Shown piece by piece: positions 26,136 through 39,008 of a DNA stretch of 64,000 bases; the stretch's first letter is position 1; the number at the start of each line of letters is the position of its first letter. The notes beneath the pieces were generated by a model that was not told the DNA's origin, did not search any database, and saw only the letters and a list, made by a program, of their open reading frames with translations. The translations under genes were made by a program, and so were the position numbers. Where the stretch lies: positions 30,814,001 through 30,878,000 of the forward strand of contig NC_043014.1 of the NCBI RefSeq assembly GCF_006345805.1. Reading direction: 5' to 3'. This DNA is from Octopus sinensis (Eukaryota).

Positions 26136-27057
26136 TATATATATACATCTATATATACATCTATATATACACACACATATATATATATATATATACACAT
26201 ATATATATATATACATTTATATATACACATATATATATATACATATATATATACATATATATGCATATGTATATATATATATATATATGCATATGTATAT
26301 ATATATATTATATATATATACATATATATCTATAGATATATATATACATATCTACATATGTAGATAGGCGCATACGTAGATAGGCACATATGTAGATATA
26401 TATCTACACATGTACCTATGTAGATTAGTATATGTACATACATTGGTACATACATACATACATATATATAATATATATATATATATAATATATATATATA
26501 ATATAATATATATATATATATATATACAATACATACACACACATACACACATGTATATCATCACCCTCATCGTTTGACGTACACTTTCCATGCTAGCATG
26601 GGTTGGACGATTTGACGAACCAGATGGCTGCACCAGACTCCAATCTGATCTGGCCAGTTAGGTGGTACTGGCAATGGCCACGCTCAAATGGTGCTTTTTA
26701 TGTGCCACCTTCACAGGAGCCAGTCCAGTGGCACTGGTAACGACGTTGCTCGAATGTCGTTTTCATGTGCCACGAGCACAATGCTAGTAAGGCGACGCAG
26801 GTAACGATCACGCTCGAATAGCGTTTTAAACGTGCCATCAGCACGGAGCCCAGCTTGTTGCTCTGGCAATGATCTCACTCGTATGGTGCTCTTAGCGCTC
26901 CACTAGCAATGGATGCCAGTCACTGAGTTTGATTTTGATTTCAATTTCAGTTGCCTAAACAGGTCTTCGTAAGCAGAGTTTAGTGTCCAATGAAAGAAAG
27001 GCACGCATAAGTGGACTGGATACACCCCTGGCATAGGCCACAAGGTTATGGTCTCAC
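24512..27057. repeat. ~2.5-kb imperfect palindrome (RTE 3'UTR arms plus TA-rich core)
   Basis: 24512-25330 is the reverse complement of 26330-27057 at near identity. The inner TA-rich blocks are also inverted about ~25830. Confidence 0.85.
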
Positions 27058-27150
27058 TTGCGCTTGCCGAGTCTTCTCAGGTACTGCATATTTCCAGAGG
27101 TCCCGGTCACTAGTCATTACATATACATATATATTTGTGTGTGTGTGTGT

Positions 27151-27215
<65 letters not shown>

Positions 27216-27267
27216 CACACACATATATATATACAACACACACATATATATATACACACACACACAC

Positions 27268-27298
<31 letters not shown>

Positions 27299-27369
27299 TA
27301 ATAAATAAAATAAAACATATGCATATATATAAACATATATGTACGTACCTACCTCTACATGTACATATA

Positions 27370-29681
27370 CACGCATATATGAGTACAGGACACCAAAAGG
27401 ACGTCGAACACAATGAGAAACGAAAACATAGACACAAACCAAAGGAACTGGACATTTTTTTAAAACAACAAAAAAAAAAATAGACTACAGGACAATTAAC
27501 ACAAAGAAAAAACCCCTTCTTCAGTCGCTATGGTTTCATCTACTCTACGTTTCGAAGGATAAAAGCGAGACGTATCTTCGACAAGAAACTTTCCTTCCTG
27601 CGAAAAGCAAATCAATTAAAATTCTGAGATCTTTTCGCAGAGGGTTAAAAAATGGTAACAAAAACTGGACAGTAACGACAGTACAAGATGTTTGAAAACG
27701 CCACTATATTAGATAAATTTTAATTTTCTTATGAATTTTACATGTTTCGGTTCTTGAAAAAACGAACCTTATCAAAAATATTATGAAAAGTGTAATGGAG
27801 AAGTTCATAATCGTTTCTAACTGGTCTCAATAGAATCCATGTTCTTGAAAAAACGAACCTTATCAAAAAATATTGTACAAAGTGAAAATTGAAAAGTTCA
27901 TAATCGTTTCTTACTGTTCTCAATAGAATCCATGTGGTGGTGTTTTGTCGGTAGTTGGTATAATCACTATATTCCTATTGAGTGTATTGAAGAAGTCTAT
28001 TATTGTTTCTTGCTGGTATTAAAAGGAACCGCTTTTTTGTTACCTTGTGTTCCAATGGTAGCAACAGTAGTGATTGTTGGTCGTAATTTTGGCAACCTTG
28101 GTGGTGGTTGGGGTTAGTAGTAGAGGACTGTTGATCTTAGCAGCAAAAGTGGTGGGTTCACTGGCACTGTTCACTGACGTCACATAATTCCAAACCAATC
28201 AAAACCAAACTTCAACGAATACAAGGTAAAGACCCCCAACTGTATCCTGTAAGGAAACCAACCAAGTAGAACGACAAGCTTGACCACGGAAGAAAAACGT
28301 CATCAATTTTTTAACGAATCAAAATCAGCTCTGACCCATAACTGTATCCTGTAAGGAAACCAACCAAGCAGAACGACAAGCTTGACCATGGCAGAAAAAC
28401 GTCATCAATTTTTTAACGAATCAAAATCAGATCTGCTCGCAGAAAAAAATTTCTTTATAAATTCATTTTTCCCTAAAACATACCACTGCAAGCGGGAGTG
28501 ACTGTTTAAAGATCTGAGAAATTGTAATTCCACAATTGTAATTGTGGTAGAATTTCATTTTTCCTTTTCGGAAGACCAATGTTTTGTTTTAATATTCCTG
28601 GCCCAGGGTGTTCAAACTTGGTCTAAACTTTTTGATGAAATAAAGTTCTTTATTTTGGCGTTGGGTGAAGGTTACGCTGTCACTGAATTTGCAAAGTGGG
28701 TAAGTTGTAAATTTCGGATTTTCATTTGTAGCACATCTATCTATGTGTCCGCTGACCGGTATTTTCCGGTATTCAGGGTTTCTAATTTGGGATTTATGCA
28801 CCGCCATCCTTTTACGTAAGCTATTTTTTGTATGGCCTATATACTGCCTATTGCAGCCTGCGCATGTTAAGACGTAAATTACGTTTTCTGATGCACAGGT
28901 GAAGTTTGTTCTAATGGTGAACTGATGGCCTTGTTCTAGTATAAATTCTGAACCTTCTACCAAGATGACACAGATTCCGCAGTTGGGCCTTCCACATTTT
29001 CTAACTGCTGGTTTTGTGGTTGATGTTGAGTGCAGTTTAGCTTGGGTTAAAATCCTTTTCAAGGATTTTGGTTGCCGTTTACTTTTAATGATGGTGTGTG
29101 TTTCGAGGATCTGGTTCACCTTTGGGTCTCCCTTTAGTAGTGCTGTGCTTTGTAGTATGGTGCTGAAGGCCTCATTGTTAAGTGGATTGTGTGTAGAGAT
29201 GTAGGGAAGGGTTTTTAATTTTTCTTTCTTTTTTGGTTTTGTTTGTCTCAGGTCTTCTATACTTAATTTAAGTGCCCGTTGGATTGCACTGTCTATTAGG
29301 GGCTGTGGATAATTTCTATTTATGAGTGTAGTTCTAAGTTCCTGGAGACGTGTGTGTCGGGTGTTTGTGTCTGATATTATGGTGCAAATCCTTCTAGCTA
29401 AACAAAAAGGGACATTTATTCTAGTGTGTCTTGGGTGGCATGAATCAAAGCGTAGGTACTGTTTGGAGTCTGTCGGTTTATAATAGATATCTGTCTCTAT
29501 TTTGTTGCCGGCTTTCTTAATGAGGATGTCTAAAAATGGTAATTCCTCTTCGTTATGATCCATCGTGAATTGTATATTATCAATTATTCCATTTAATAGT
29601 ATTTTAAATTCCTCAAGTTTCTCTATACTTTTATCCCAGAGGATAAAGCAGTCGTCGAGGTATCTTTTCCAGTTGTTCTGG
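27370..29681 (-). mobile_element. 5'-truncated Penelope-like retroelement (RT C-half + GIY-YIG endonuclease)
   Basis: Open frame 28589-29681 with [21 protein letters not shown] and NVIYVLTCAGCNRQYIGHT (GIY-YIG with CxxC). The 3' non-coding part carries ~100-bp direct repeats (28235-28435, 27745-27930). Confidence 0.93.
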
Positions 29682-31306
29682 ATATATATGTATATATATA
29701 TATACACACCTATATGTATATATATATATACACACCTATATGTATATATATATACACACACCTATATGTATATATATATATATATACACACCTATATGTA
29801 TATATATATATACACACCTATATGTATATATATATACACACACCTATATGTATATATATATACAGAGACCTATGGTTATACATATATAGATATATATGTA
29901 TACAAATACATGTATGTATATATATATGTACATATATGCATACATTTACATATATGTATACATATGCACATATATATACATTTATATATATGCATATACG
30001 TATATATGTGCATATATATATATGCATATATATATATACATATATATCTGTATATATACATATATGCATGTGTATACATATGCACACACATTATATATAT
30101 ATATATATATATACATATATACACACACACACACACACACATATATACACACACACATATATACACATACATATATATATATATATACATATATCTCTTT
30201 TACTTGTTTCACTTGTTTGACTGTGGCCATGCTGGAGCACCACCTTTAGTCCACGAAATCGACCCCAGGACTTATTCTTTGTAAGCCTAGTATTTATTCT
30301 ATTGGTCTCTTTATGCCGAACCACTAAGTTACGGTGATGTAAACACACCAGCATCGGTTGTCAAGCGATGTTGGGGGGGACAAACACAGACCCCCCCCAC
30401 ACATATATACATACATATACATATCTACGACGGACTTCTTTTCAGTTTTCGTCTACCATATCCACTCACAAGGCTTTGGTCGGCCCGAGGCTATAGAATA
30501 CACTTGCCCAAAGTGCCATGCAGTGGGACTGAACCCGGAACCATGTGGTTGGTAAGCAAGCTACTTACCACACAGCCATTCCTGCATCTGTTTATTGATT
30601 TATGGTGAAGATGAATTCCATGTCAATAATGAGCTTACAAAACTACACCAATTCACCAAATATGAATTCAGTTAGAACAAAAATTTAAGAAATGGAAAAA
30701 GTTCAGCCAAACAGAAAAGATCCTATTTTTAGAGGCGCAGGCGTGGTTGTGTGGTAAGTAGCTTGCTTACCAACTACATGGTTCTGGGTTCTCATCCCAC
30801 AGCATGACACCTTGGGGAAGTGTTTTCTACTATAGCCTCAGGCTGACCAATGCATTGAGTGGATTTGGGAGACAGAAACTGAAAGAAGCCTGTCGTGTAT
30901 ATATGTGTGTGTGTGTGTGTGTGTGTTTGTGTATGTTTGTCCCCCCACTATTGCTTGACAACCGATGTTGGTATATTTATGTCCCCATCACTTAGCAGTT
31001 CAGCAAAATAGTCCAATAGAATAAGTACTAGGCTTACAAACAATAAGTCCTGGGGTCGATTTGTTCGACTAAAGGTTGTGCTCCATCATGGGTACAGTGA
31101 AATGACTGAAACAAATGAAAGAATAAAAGAATTTGCTTCTATGTGTGTGTATATAAAATATAATATATAAAATATATAATCATCATCATTTGCCTATCCA
31201 CTTTTCCATGTTTATGTGAGCAGATGGAGTCTATTGAGGCAGATTTTTTCTCTGTCTGGATGCTCATACTGCCAGCAACCCTCACCTGTTTACAAGAAAG
31301 GCAGTA

Positions 31307-32807
31307 TTACGTTGAAAAGAAAGTCCTGTCACATTTTTGAAATGCTTACTTGGAGGGTATGCTTTTCAAAAGTAAGCATTTATGTTTACATTCTAATTTG
31401 TTTCCTTTCTTTGCAGTTTACTTTATACCAGAGTGGTTAAATTAGTGAGAATGAGTTTAAATCTGACTCATATTAGACACTGCATGCTGTATTAATTCAA
31501 AAGAGGCTCTTCAACAGTAGAAGTAGCAAGAAATATTAGTTATGACTATAGAAATGGAGCTGTAAGTGTTTGGATATGCCAGTGATGGTTTGACATGGCT
31601 CAGTAAAATATTTCTCTCCTAGATGCCCTTCAACCTGAGGATTAACTTCTGAAAATTGTAGTTGAAAATCCAAAGCAGACTTCATAGGAATTAGCAATAG
31701 AGTTCAATTCACACTCTGATCATTAAACACCTTCAGGAACTGGGAAAATGTCTAAAATTTGCCAGTGGGTTCCTAATTGTCCAACTGCTTCTCAGCTTAA
31801 TCAAAGAATTGCATTCTGCTTTTCATTGAAGAGTGGACTTGCTACTGAACCTTTCCTGGGTAGAATCATTGATGTAAAATAGCTTCTCTACACTAATGTC
31901 CAAGAAAAATAACAGCGGTTAGAACTTAAAATATAGAAATTTTGCTTCATCCTTCTAAATTTTCTCACATTGCTCCATCTGATTATACATCATTTACATT
32001 TGACGGAGGTGTCTTGAGGAAATTTCGAACCAGGTTCGAAATTTCCCCCAGGGCACTTGATGAAGGCTGGAGGGTATATCAGCCGAAACGTTGTGTTAAC
32101 AACAAACAAGATGAGGACAAATATCCGTCAAATGTAAATAATGTACATACGTCCTCATCTCTTAAATATAGAACTGTATTATCTAATCGGTATGGAGCAG
32201 ACATTTCTATAGTCATAACTAATATTTCTTGCTACTTCTACTGTTGAAGAGCCTCTTTTGAATTAATACAGAATGCAGTGTCTAATATGAGTCAGATTTA
32301 AACTCATTCTCACAAATTTAACCACTCTGGTATAAAGTAAACTGCAAAGAAAGAAAACAAATTAGAATGTAAACATAAATGCTTACTTTTGAAAAGCATA
32401 CCCTCCAAGTAAGCATTTCAAAAATATGAAAGGAGAATCCATCCTCAAATCAGGAGTGCACTCCAAAAAAGCTACTCAAGTGTCTCAAGAAAAGAAATAT
32501 AGAAATTTTGCTTCATCCTTCTAACTTTTCTCACATTGCTCCATCTGATTATACTCTTCCTAATCCTTGTAGCATTATTTAGAGAGAAAATAGTTTATTA
32601 CTTATGAAGATGTTAAAAACAATATTGAATGTTTCTTTGGTTTGAAACCTGTAGAATTTTTATGCCTGAGTGATCTACAATTTGCCATATCAATGGTGTT
32701 GTGTTATCAAGGGACAACATTATCTCAGTTAAATATGTCAATTAAGATCAAGAAGTATTTCTTTCTTTCTCATCTTGAAATGCAACAGGACTTTCTTCCC
32801 AACCTAT
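31307..32807 (+). mobile_element. Rearranged mariner element
   Basis: TIRs TTACGTTGAAAAGAAAGTCCTGTCACATTT and AAATGCAACAGGACTTTCTTCCCAACCTAT with TA flanks. Transposase remnants IRHCMLY.FKRGSS, WVP and LHPSNFSHIAPSDY. Confidence 0.85.
31990..32204 (+). mobile_element. Short fold-back Penelope-type element with minimal hammerhead motif (copy 1)
   Basis: Hairpin gtgtcttgaggaaatttcgaacc-a-ggttcgaaatttcccccagggcac, then (T)TGATGA-aGGCTG..CAGCC-GAAACGTT-gtgtt. Further copies at 33205-33392 and 33486-33620. Confidence 0.75.
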
Positions 32808-33507
32808 TATTTCTCTGTGACCAGTCAGGCCTTTGCAGAATATTCGAAATGAATGACAGTGGCACTTATTTACAACTACTATGTGATACCAAAGCAAAGG
32901 AACACAAACATACGCACACACTCATATAGTGTCATCGATACATTTATAATGGGCTTCTTTCAGTTTCCATCTAACAAATTCCTTACAAGGCTTTGGTTGG
33001 CCAGGGACTATAATGGAAGACAGTTGCCCAAGGTGCTGTGCAGTGAGATTTGGTAAAAGGTAATTAAAAAAACCCCCATGTGTGTGCATTGGCCAAAACT
33101 TCAAAGTCACTGTCAACAACATTGTTGTATTTGAATAATAAATTTCTACTCTATGAAAGTATAGAGTAACCCATCAGATTAATGCAAAATTGTATTTGTT
33201 ATACATTATTTATATTTGACAGAGGTGTCTTGGGGAAATTTCGAACCAGGTTCGAAATTTCTCCAAAGACACCTGATGAAGGCTGGAGGGTATATCAGTT
33301 GAGGACAAATATCCGTCAAATGTAAATAATGTACATACGTCCTCATCTCTTAAGTATAGAACTGTATTATCTAATTGGTATGGAGCCGACATTAAACTTC
33401 AATGAATACATATTGAGAAACTCCATCAAAAACTAGCTCATCTTTCAAACTATCTAACTTTCCTATGTAGATGTAGAGACTAAAAACCAGGTTCGAAATT
33501 TCCCCAA

Positions 33508-33548
33508 GACACCTGATGAAGGCTGGAGGGTATATCAGCCGAAACGTT
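33508..33548 (+). ncRNA. Minimal type I hammerhead ribozyme core (Penelope type)
   Basis: CTGATGA, stem II GGCTG/CAGCC, GAAACGTT. The 3' strand of stem I (gtgtt) is deleted here but present in the 32057 copy. Confidence 0.65.
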
Positions 33549-34116
33549 AACAACAAACAAGATGAGGACAAATATCCGTCAAATGTAAATAATGTACATA
33601 ATTCTTCATCTCTTAAATATAAAATTGTTTTTGTTATAACTGAATGTAAAAACAAACATGGAAATATTAATACATACATGCATGCATGTGTTTGTGACCA
33701 CTTGTCTTGTAGCTTCTTTGTTGTAAATGAATGCCATTTACTTCCAATATTCTGCCCCCACCCAAAAAAAAAATGGCCATGCGGAGATATTACTTTGCTC
33801 AGAAATAGGTATGGTTTGGTAACAGAAAGAGCATCTGGCCATATCTGCCCCAGTAAACACTGTCTGACCCATGGAACCATGGAAATGTGGATTTTAAAAT
33901 GGTAACGGTGGCATACACATATGCATTTGGACGCATATACACATATCTACTTATTATCATGAGTATGTATACACACATAGACATATACATGTGTGTGCAT
34001 AAATGTATGAATACATGTATATGTATATGCTTGCATATATTTGTATATGTGTGCGAGTGTATACATATATATATTTGTGTATATCGATATGTCTATGTGC
34101 ATAATGTGTGTGTATG

Positions 34117-34151
<35 letters not shown>

Positions 34152-34205
34152 CTGTATGTGTGTGTCTGTATTGGTGTATATCTATCTGTATGTCTATGTG
34201 CATAA

Positions 34206-34236
<31 letters not shown>

Positions 34237-34858
34237 GCATGTGTTAGTGTGTACATTTATGTGCATATATGTGTATATATATGTCTACGCGTATATATGT
34301 TTCTATGCACGTGTATATATGTATGTGTATAAATGTGATTATATATATGTGTACGTGTACATGTGCGTATATACATTTATATATACGTATGTAATGTGCC
34401 CGCACGCGCGCGCGCGCATATAAAATATATTTGCGATCGTACATTTATTAGAAAATACGTAATCTTCAACTAAACTGAAAAAATATATTTATTAGTGTAA
34501 GCGTGAAAAGTGAAAATGTTATTTGAATGACTTAGAAATGTGATGTAAAATCGAATTAGTTCTCGGTCTTGTGACAACGCTAAATATATGTTTGTGTGTG
34601 TGTATATATCGGCGTCTGTGCGCTTGTGTGCGCTCATACTCTCTGTTCATTAATGACAGTTTAGCTAATCAACAATATTATTGATAGCATTTCTATACGT
34701 ACGCCCCCAAAATATAGAGCTATTTTCGTTACACACACACACACACACACATTTTTCAATACATTGTACGTTGCCTTACTAACGATTGTTTGTGTAACAT
34801 GAAACCTTAATTTCTATTGAATTGTTGTATAGTTACTTTTGTATTTGCATAACGAGCC

Positions 34859-34892
<34 letters not shown>

Positions 34893-35387
34893 TCAATATT
34901 ATTCTCCTATGCATACTCTCTTTCCTTGAGTATGCCTACACACACATACAGAGACAGTCGACCACAGCCGCATGGTTGAAACGAATAAAAGAATATATAT
35001 ATATATATGCTTGTGTACACTCATGTTGGTGTGTATATGCATGACAATATATTATAATATATATATATATATTATATATATATATATATATATATGTTTA
35101 CATATACCGTAATTAATTGATTCGTTGGGCATAAGTTTGCGTTAGTACTTGTCCATATCGATGTATAGATGCGCGCGCGTGGTTGTCTTTAGAGAGGGTG
35201 TCCTGCCGTAGATACCATAGAAAGACAGACGATTCGGTGGCCCGAACTGCTAGCCAGCTCCTATCAAACTGTCTTACCCATGCCAGCATGGAGAACGGAC
35301 GTTTAATGATGATGATTTCTCTCCCCACCTCTCTCTCTTTCTTTCATATATATATATATATATATATATCTGTGAATATGTATGTCA

Positions 35388-35418
<31 letters not shown>

Positions 35419-35438
35419 TGTGTGTGTGTGTATGTATA

Positions 35439-36539
35439 CAGGGGCTGAACAAAATAATGGAAACACCTTAAAATTTCAAACAAATTTATTTTAATATGGA
35501 GCAGGACCGCATTTATTAGTAATTACAGCTTGAATTCTACAAGGTATAAACTCGTACAAAGTTTGAATTGTTTCCAAAGGAATTTTTGCCCATTCTTCAG
35601 CTAAGACAGTCTCCAGTTCTTGTAGTGATGATGGTAGAGGATATGGAGTCCGTACTTGTTTTTCTAAATTGCACCATAAATGTTCAATAATATTGAGATC
35701 TGGGGACTGTGGTGGCCAGATAAGATGTTCCTCGTGCCATTCTGTAACAACTTTAGCTGTGTGAATTGGTGCATTATCATCCTGAAATATTGCGTTTCCC
35801 TCCGGAACAGTTCCGCAACCATAGGATGGATTTGATCAGATAAAATGCTTAAATAATCTTGACTATTAATTCTGCCATGAAGGGAAACCATTGGGCTGGC
35901 GGATTTCCGAGATATAGCCCCACAGATCTTCACAGACCCTCCTCAATGTTTAACAGTTAAGAGTAGGCAGTCTTAATGCTTCTTTTGGCTGTCCCCACAC
36001 GTATACTTGGCCGGGGGTCGGAAATAAGGTAAAGGATGACTCGTCCGATAAAATAACATTCTTCCACTGCTCTAGGCTCGAATTCTATAGGCTTTTACTC
36101 CACTCTCAACGCTTTGCAACGTTTGTTTTTGAAAGTAGTGGTTTTCTGATTGCAACCCTCCTATGAAATCCGGCTTTGTGCAGCTCCCGGCGAACAGTTT
36201 TTGTGGAAACTGGGTTCTCGTGGTAGTCATTAAGCTCTGTAGTAATTTTGGGAGCTGTACTTTTGTGATCCTTTCTAACAATTCGCGTAAGAGTCCGACG
36301 GTCCCTATCTGAAAGTTTTGGTTTTCTTCCGGAGTTTTGTTTCGACGAGGGGCTTTTTCCCTCTTCCTCAAAGGCTGTCATTACTTTCGAGACTGTACGT
36401 CTTGATACTCGAAACATTTCGGCTGCTTTCGTTACGCTAGCACCTGCCATACGAGCACTAACAATTTGACGGTTCTATAGATATTTCAAAATTATGATGC
36501 TATGATGCTAGTTGTTTTCATTATTTTGTCTAACCTATG
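35439..36539 (-). mobile_element. Tc1-family transposon, degenerate
   Basis: TIRs CAGGGGCTGAACAAAATAATGGAAACA and TGTTTTCATTATTTTGTCTAACCTATG with TA flanks. HTH region SGRKPKLSDRDRR..VSTKTVRRELHKAG, plus DDE fragments FQDDNAPIH and WPPQSPDLNIIEHLW. Confidence 0.92.
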
Positions 36540-36575
36540 TATGTATGTATGTATGTATGTATGTATGTATGTATG

Positions 36576-36616
<41 letters not shown>

Positions 36617-36621
<5 letters not shown>

Positions 36622-36960
36622 CAAAATTGCAGAAATGGCGTACTCCGAATGAATGAAAAATGGGAGAGAGAAATCTAAGAATTAGGTACTCCAAAACAAT
36701 CGGAAGGAATGTGAATCATTATAATTTGTCCATGACCCTGCTTCTTCAGTTCTCCTTCCTTATTTTTTCTTTATTTGAATTTTCCTTTCTCCGACGGAGA
36801 GCTATGCTCGAAACGTTAGCAACAACTCTCTCCCTTCACCGAGCGTCCAATTAATATATTACTTGTTCACGTCCTTACGTTCGTTTTTTTTCTTTTTCTC
36901 TCTGTTAAAAAAAAAAATTTTTTCATTTTCGTTGTTTATTTGAATTGACTAAGGTCTATC
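36617..36960 (+). mobile_element. Penelope terminal (pLTR) remnant with degenerate hammerhead
   Basis: CCGACGGA-GAGC-TAT-GCTC-GAAACGTT at 36791-36817. A related remnant lies at 42440-42585 (CTGTTGAA-GAGC-GTAG-GCTC-GAAACGT). Confidence 0.5.
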
Positions 36961-37069
36961 TATATATATATATTGTAATTAATTGATGTGCTGGAAATTA
37001 CCTAACCCTCCTGCCAGTAGAATTCTTTGGACATTAAGTTTGCGTTAGTGCTTGTCCTTAAAGACGTAG

Positions 37070-37101
<32 letters not shown>

Positions 37102-38925
37102 AAAAGAGAGAGAGATGTTTCGCCGGTCTTAATGTGTGATGACAAATCCTTGACGAACCGTTGACTCCGTCACCTGCCTTCGATCTTCGCTTTCAGTGAA
37201 ATATATTTCATTTCTTTAATACTCTTGAGAAAGGCAAGGCATGAATGTCACTATCTCCTGCTACCGCTCTGCTATGAATCAAAGACGTATAATTTCGTAT
37301 TGATTCTCTCTCACCCATTTAACATTAATGTCTGTATGTAAATGACATCAACATTGTTTTTTAAACCGATTAATCGTGGCAGCTGTCTGTCTTTCTCTCA
37401 CAAACAGTAACCGGTAGTTTTTCATCATTTTTCCCCAATCAAAAGTAGACAGGCTTTAAATTTTACATTTTCGATGTAAGTTTGCTGCTCACAATTTGGA
37501 TCGCCTTTGTGTGTATATGTATGTGTGTGAGCTAGACTAACTTGACTTCCGACTTTCACTTTTAGTCTTCTATATAATATAATTTCATTCACGTCTAGAA
37601 TGTTTTATTGAAATATAAATCGATTTCCAGTTCTTGGACAGTTCTTTAATTTATTTAATTTATGAGTCTGAAAGGATAAAAGGCAAAATTGATCTCGGCC
37701 GGATTTGAACTCAAAAGGTAAACGACTGTAACTATATATCTCAGTGGATTCCCCCCCCCCACCCTTGGTTCTAACGATTCTGTCAATCTATCGCCGTTTT
37801 TGACCAGAATTTTACTCCACCGGTGTTCTTTCTGCTCTGACACTAAACTAGTCTAATTCTGTCCAAGCACTGGTTCTGAATAAAAGTAATAAAGAAAGTA
37901 TATGAAATAAATGACATGAGGTTTTCTTCGACTATTGCTCAGTGGAAGTGTAGATATTTATTCACAGGTTTCAGTTTTTGCTCTTCGGTAATGTTTGGGT
38001 CGTGTTGTCTGGGATATATATCTGATTATATCGCTAGCAGTGACTTGTCTGCTATTTTGTTTTTCAGCCTTCACAGGTTGATAGAATAACTTGGAACATA
38101 AAAAAACGTGACTCAGTATCACAATGATACTTCCATGCAAGTAATCCTTCATCGAACACATCTTTGATCGAACGCGTTCCAGTATTTTATTTTATTTTTT
38201 CAGACATCTTTAACCAATTTACCTGTATTATAAAGACTGGAATGGAATTTGATTTGGGGGAAGATTTACCTGTTAATTCTGGGAGGTCGACAGAACACGA
38301 AGAGTCTCGCTGCACACAAGCTTTATAGTGTCAGTTTTAAGTTTTTGTTACGAAACTAGTTTTGCCCGACTGTTGAATGCAGTTTGTGGACGTTACTTGA
38401 CTTCTTCCTTTTCCTCTCGAACGTCAAGGTTAGTTGTAGTTCTCAGTAAACCATCCCGTTTTGTTAGGATTATCTGAAACTACATTATCTAATGCCTGTC
38501 TCGTTCTCATTTGTTTTTCATTTATTTTTAAGAGGATATCTGTTATCTTTTACTTTTTCAATCATTGGACTGCGTCCATGCTTGGGCACCTCCTTGAAAT
38601 TTTTTTAGTCGAATAAATCGACTCCAGTACTTATTTTTAAAGCCTGATACTTATTTTATCCGTCTGTTTTGCCGAAGCGTTAAGTTACAGGAATGTAAAC
38701 AAACCAACACCGGTTGTCAAGCGGCTGTGGGGGACGAACACCAACACGCATACACATATGTAACGGGGTTCTTTCAGTTTCCACCTACATCCTCTCACAA
38801 GGCTTTGGTCGGTCCGGGACTATGATCGAAGACACATACTCAAGGTGCCACACAGATTGAATTCGTAACCATGTGGTTGGAGAGAAAACTTTTTCCCTCA
38901 CATCCACGCCTGCGCCTAAAAAGTC

Positions 38926-39008
38926 AGCAGTCTGACAAGATTCGAACTCACACGGATGAATCCCAGTGGATTAACTATCCATCGCTCTAACTACTTGGTC
39001 ACTTTGAG
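38926..39008 (-). pseudogene. tRNA-Ser-like pseudogene
   Basis: Reads GTGACCAAGTAGTTAGAGCGATGGA-TAGTTAA-TCCACTGGGATTCATCCGTGTGAGTTCGAATCTT, with a long variable arm like tRNA-Ser and a downstream TTTTT. The D-loop, anticodon loop and acceptor stem are degraded. Confidence 0.55.

Noticed and set aside
37135-37210. GTGATGA as a C box of a C/D snoRNA
   Set aside because: No D box CTGA or terminal stem at a suitable distance.
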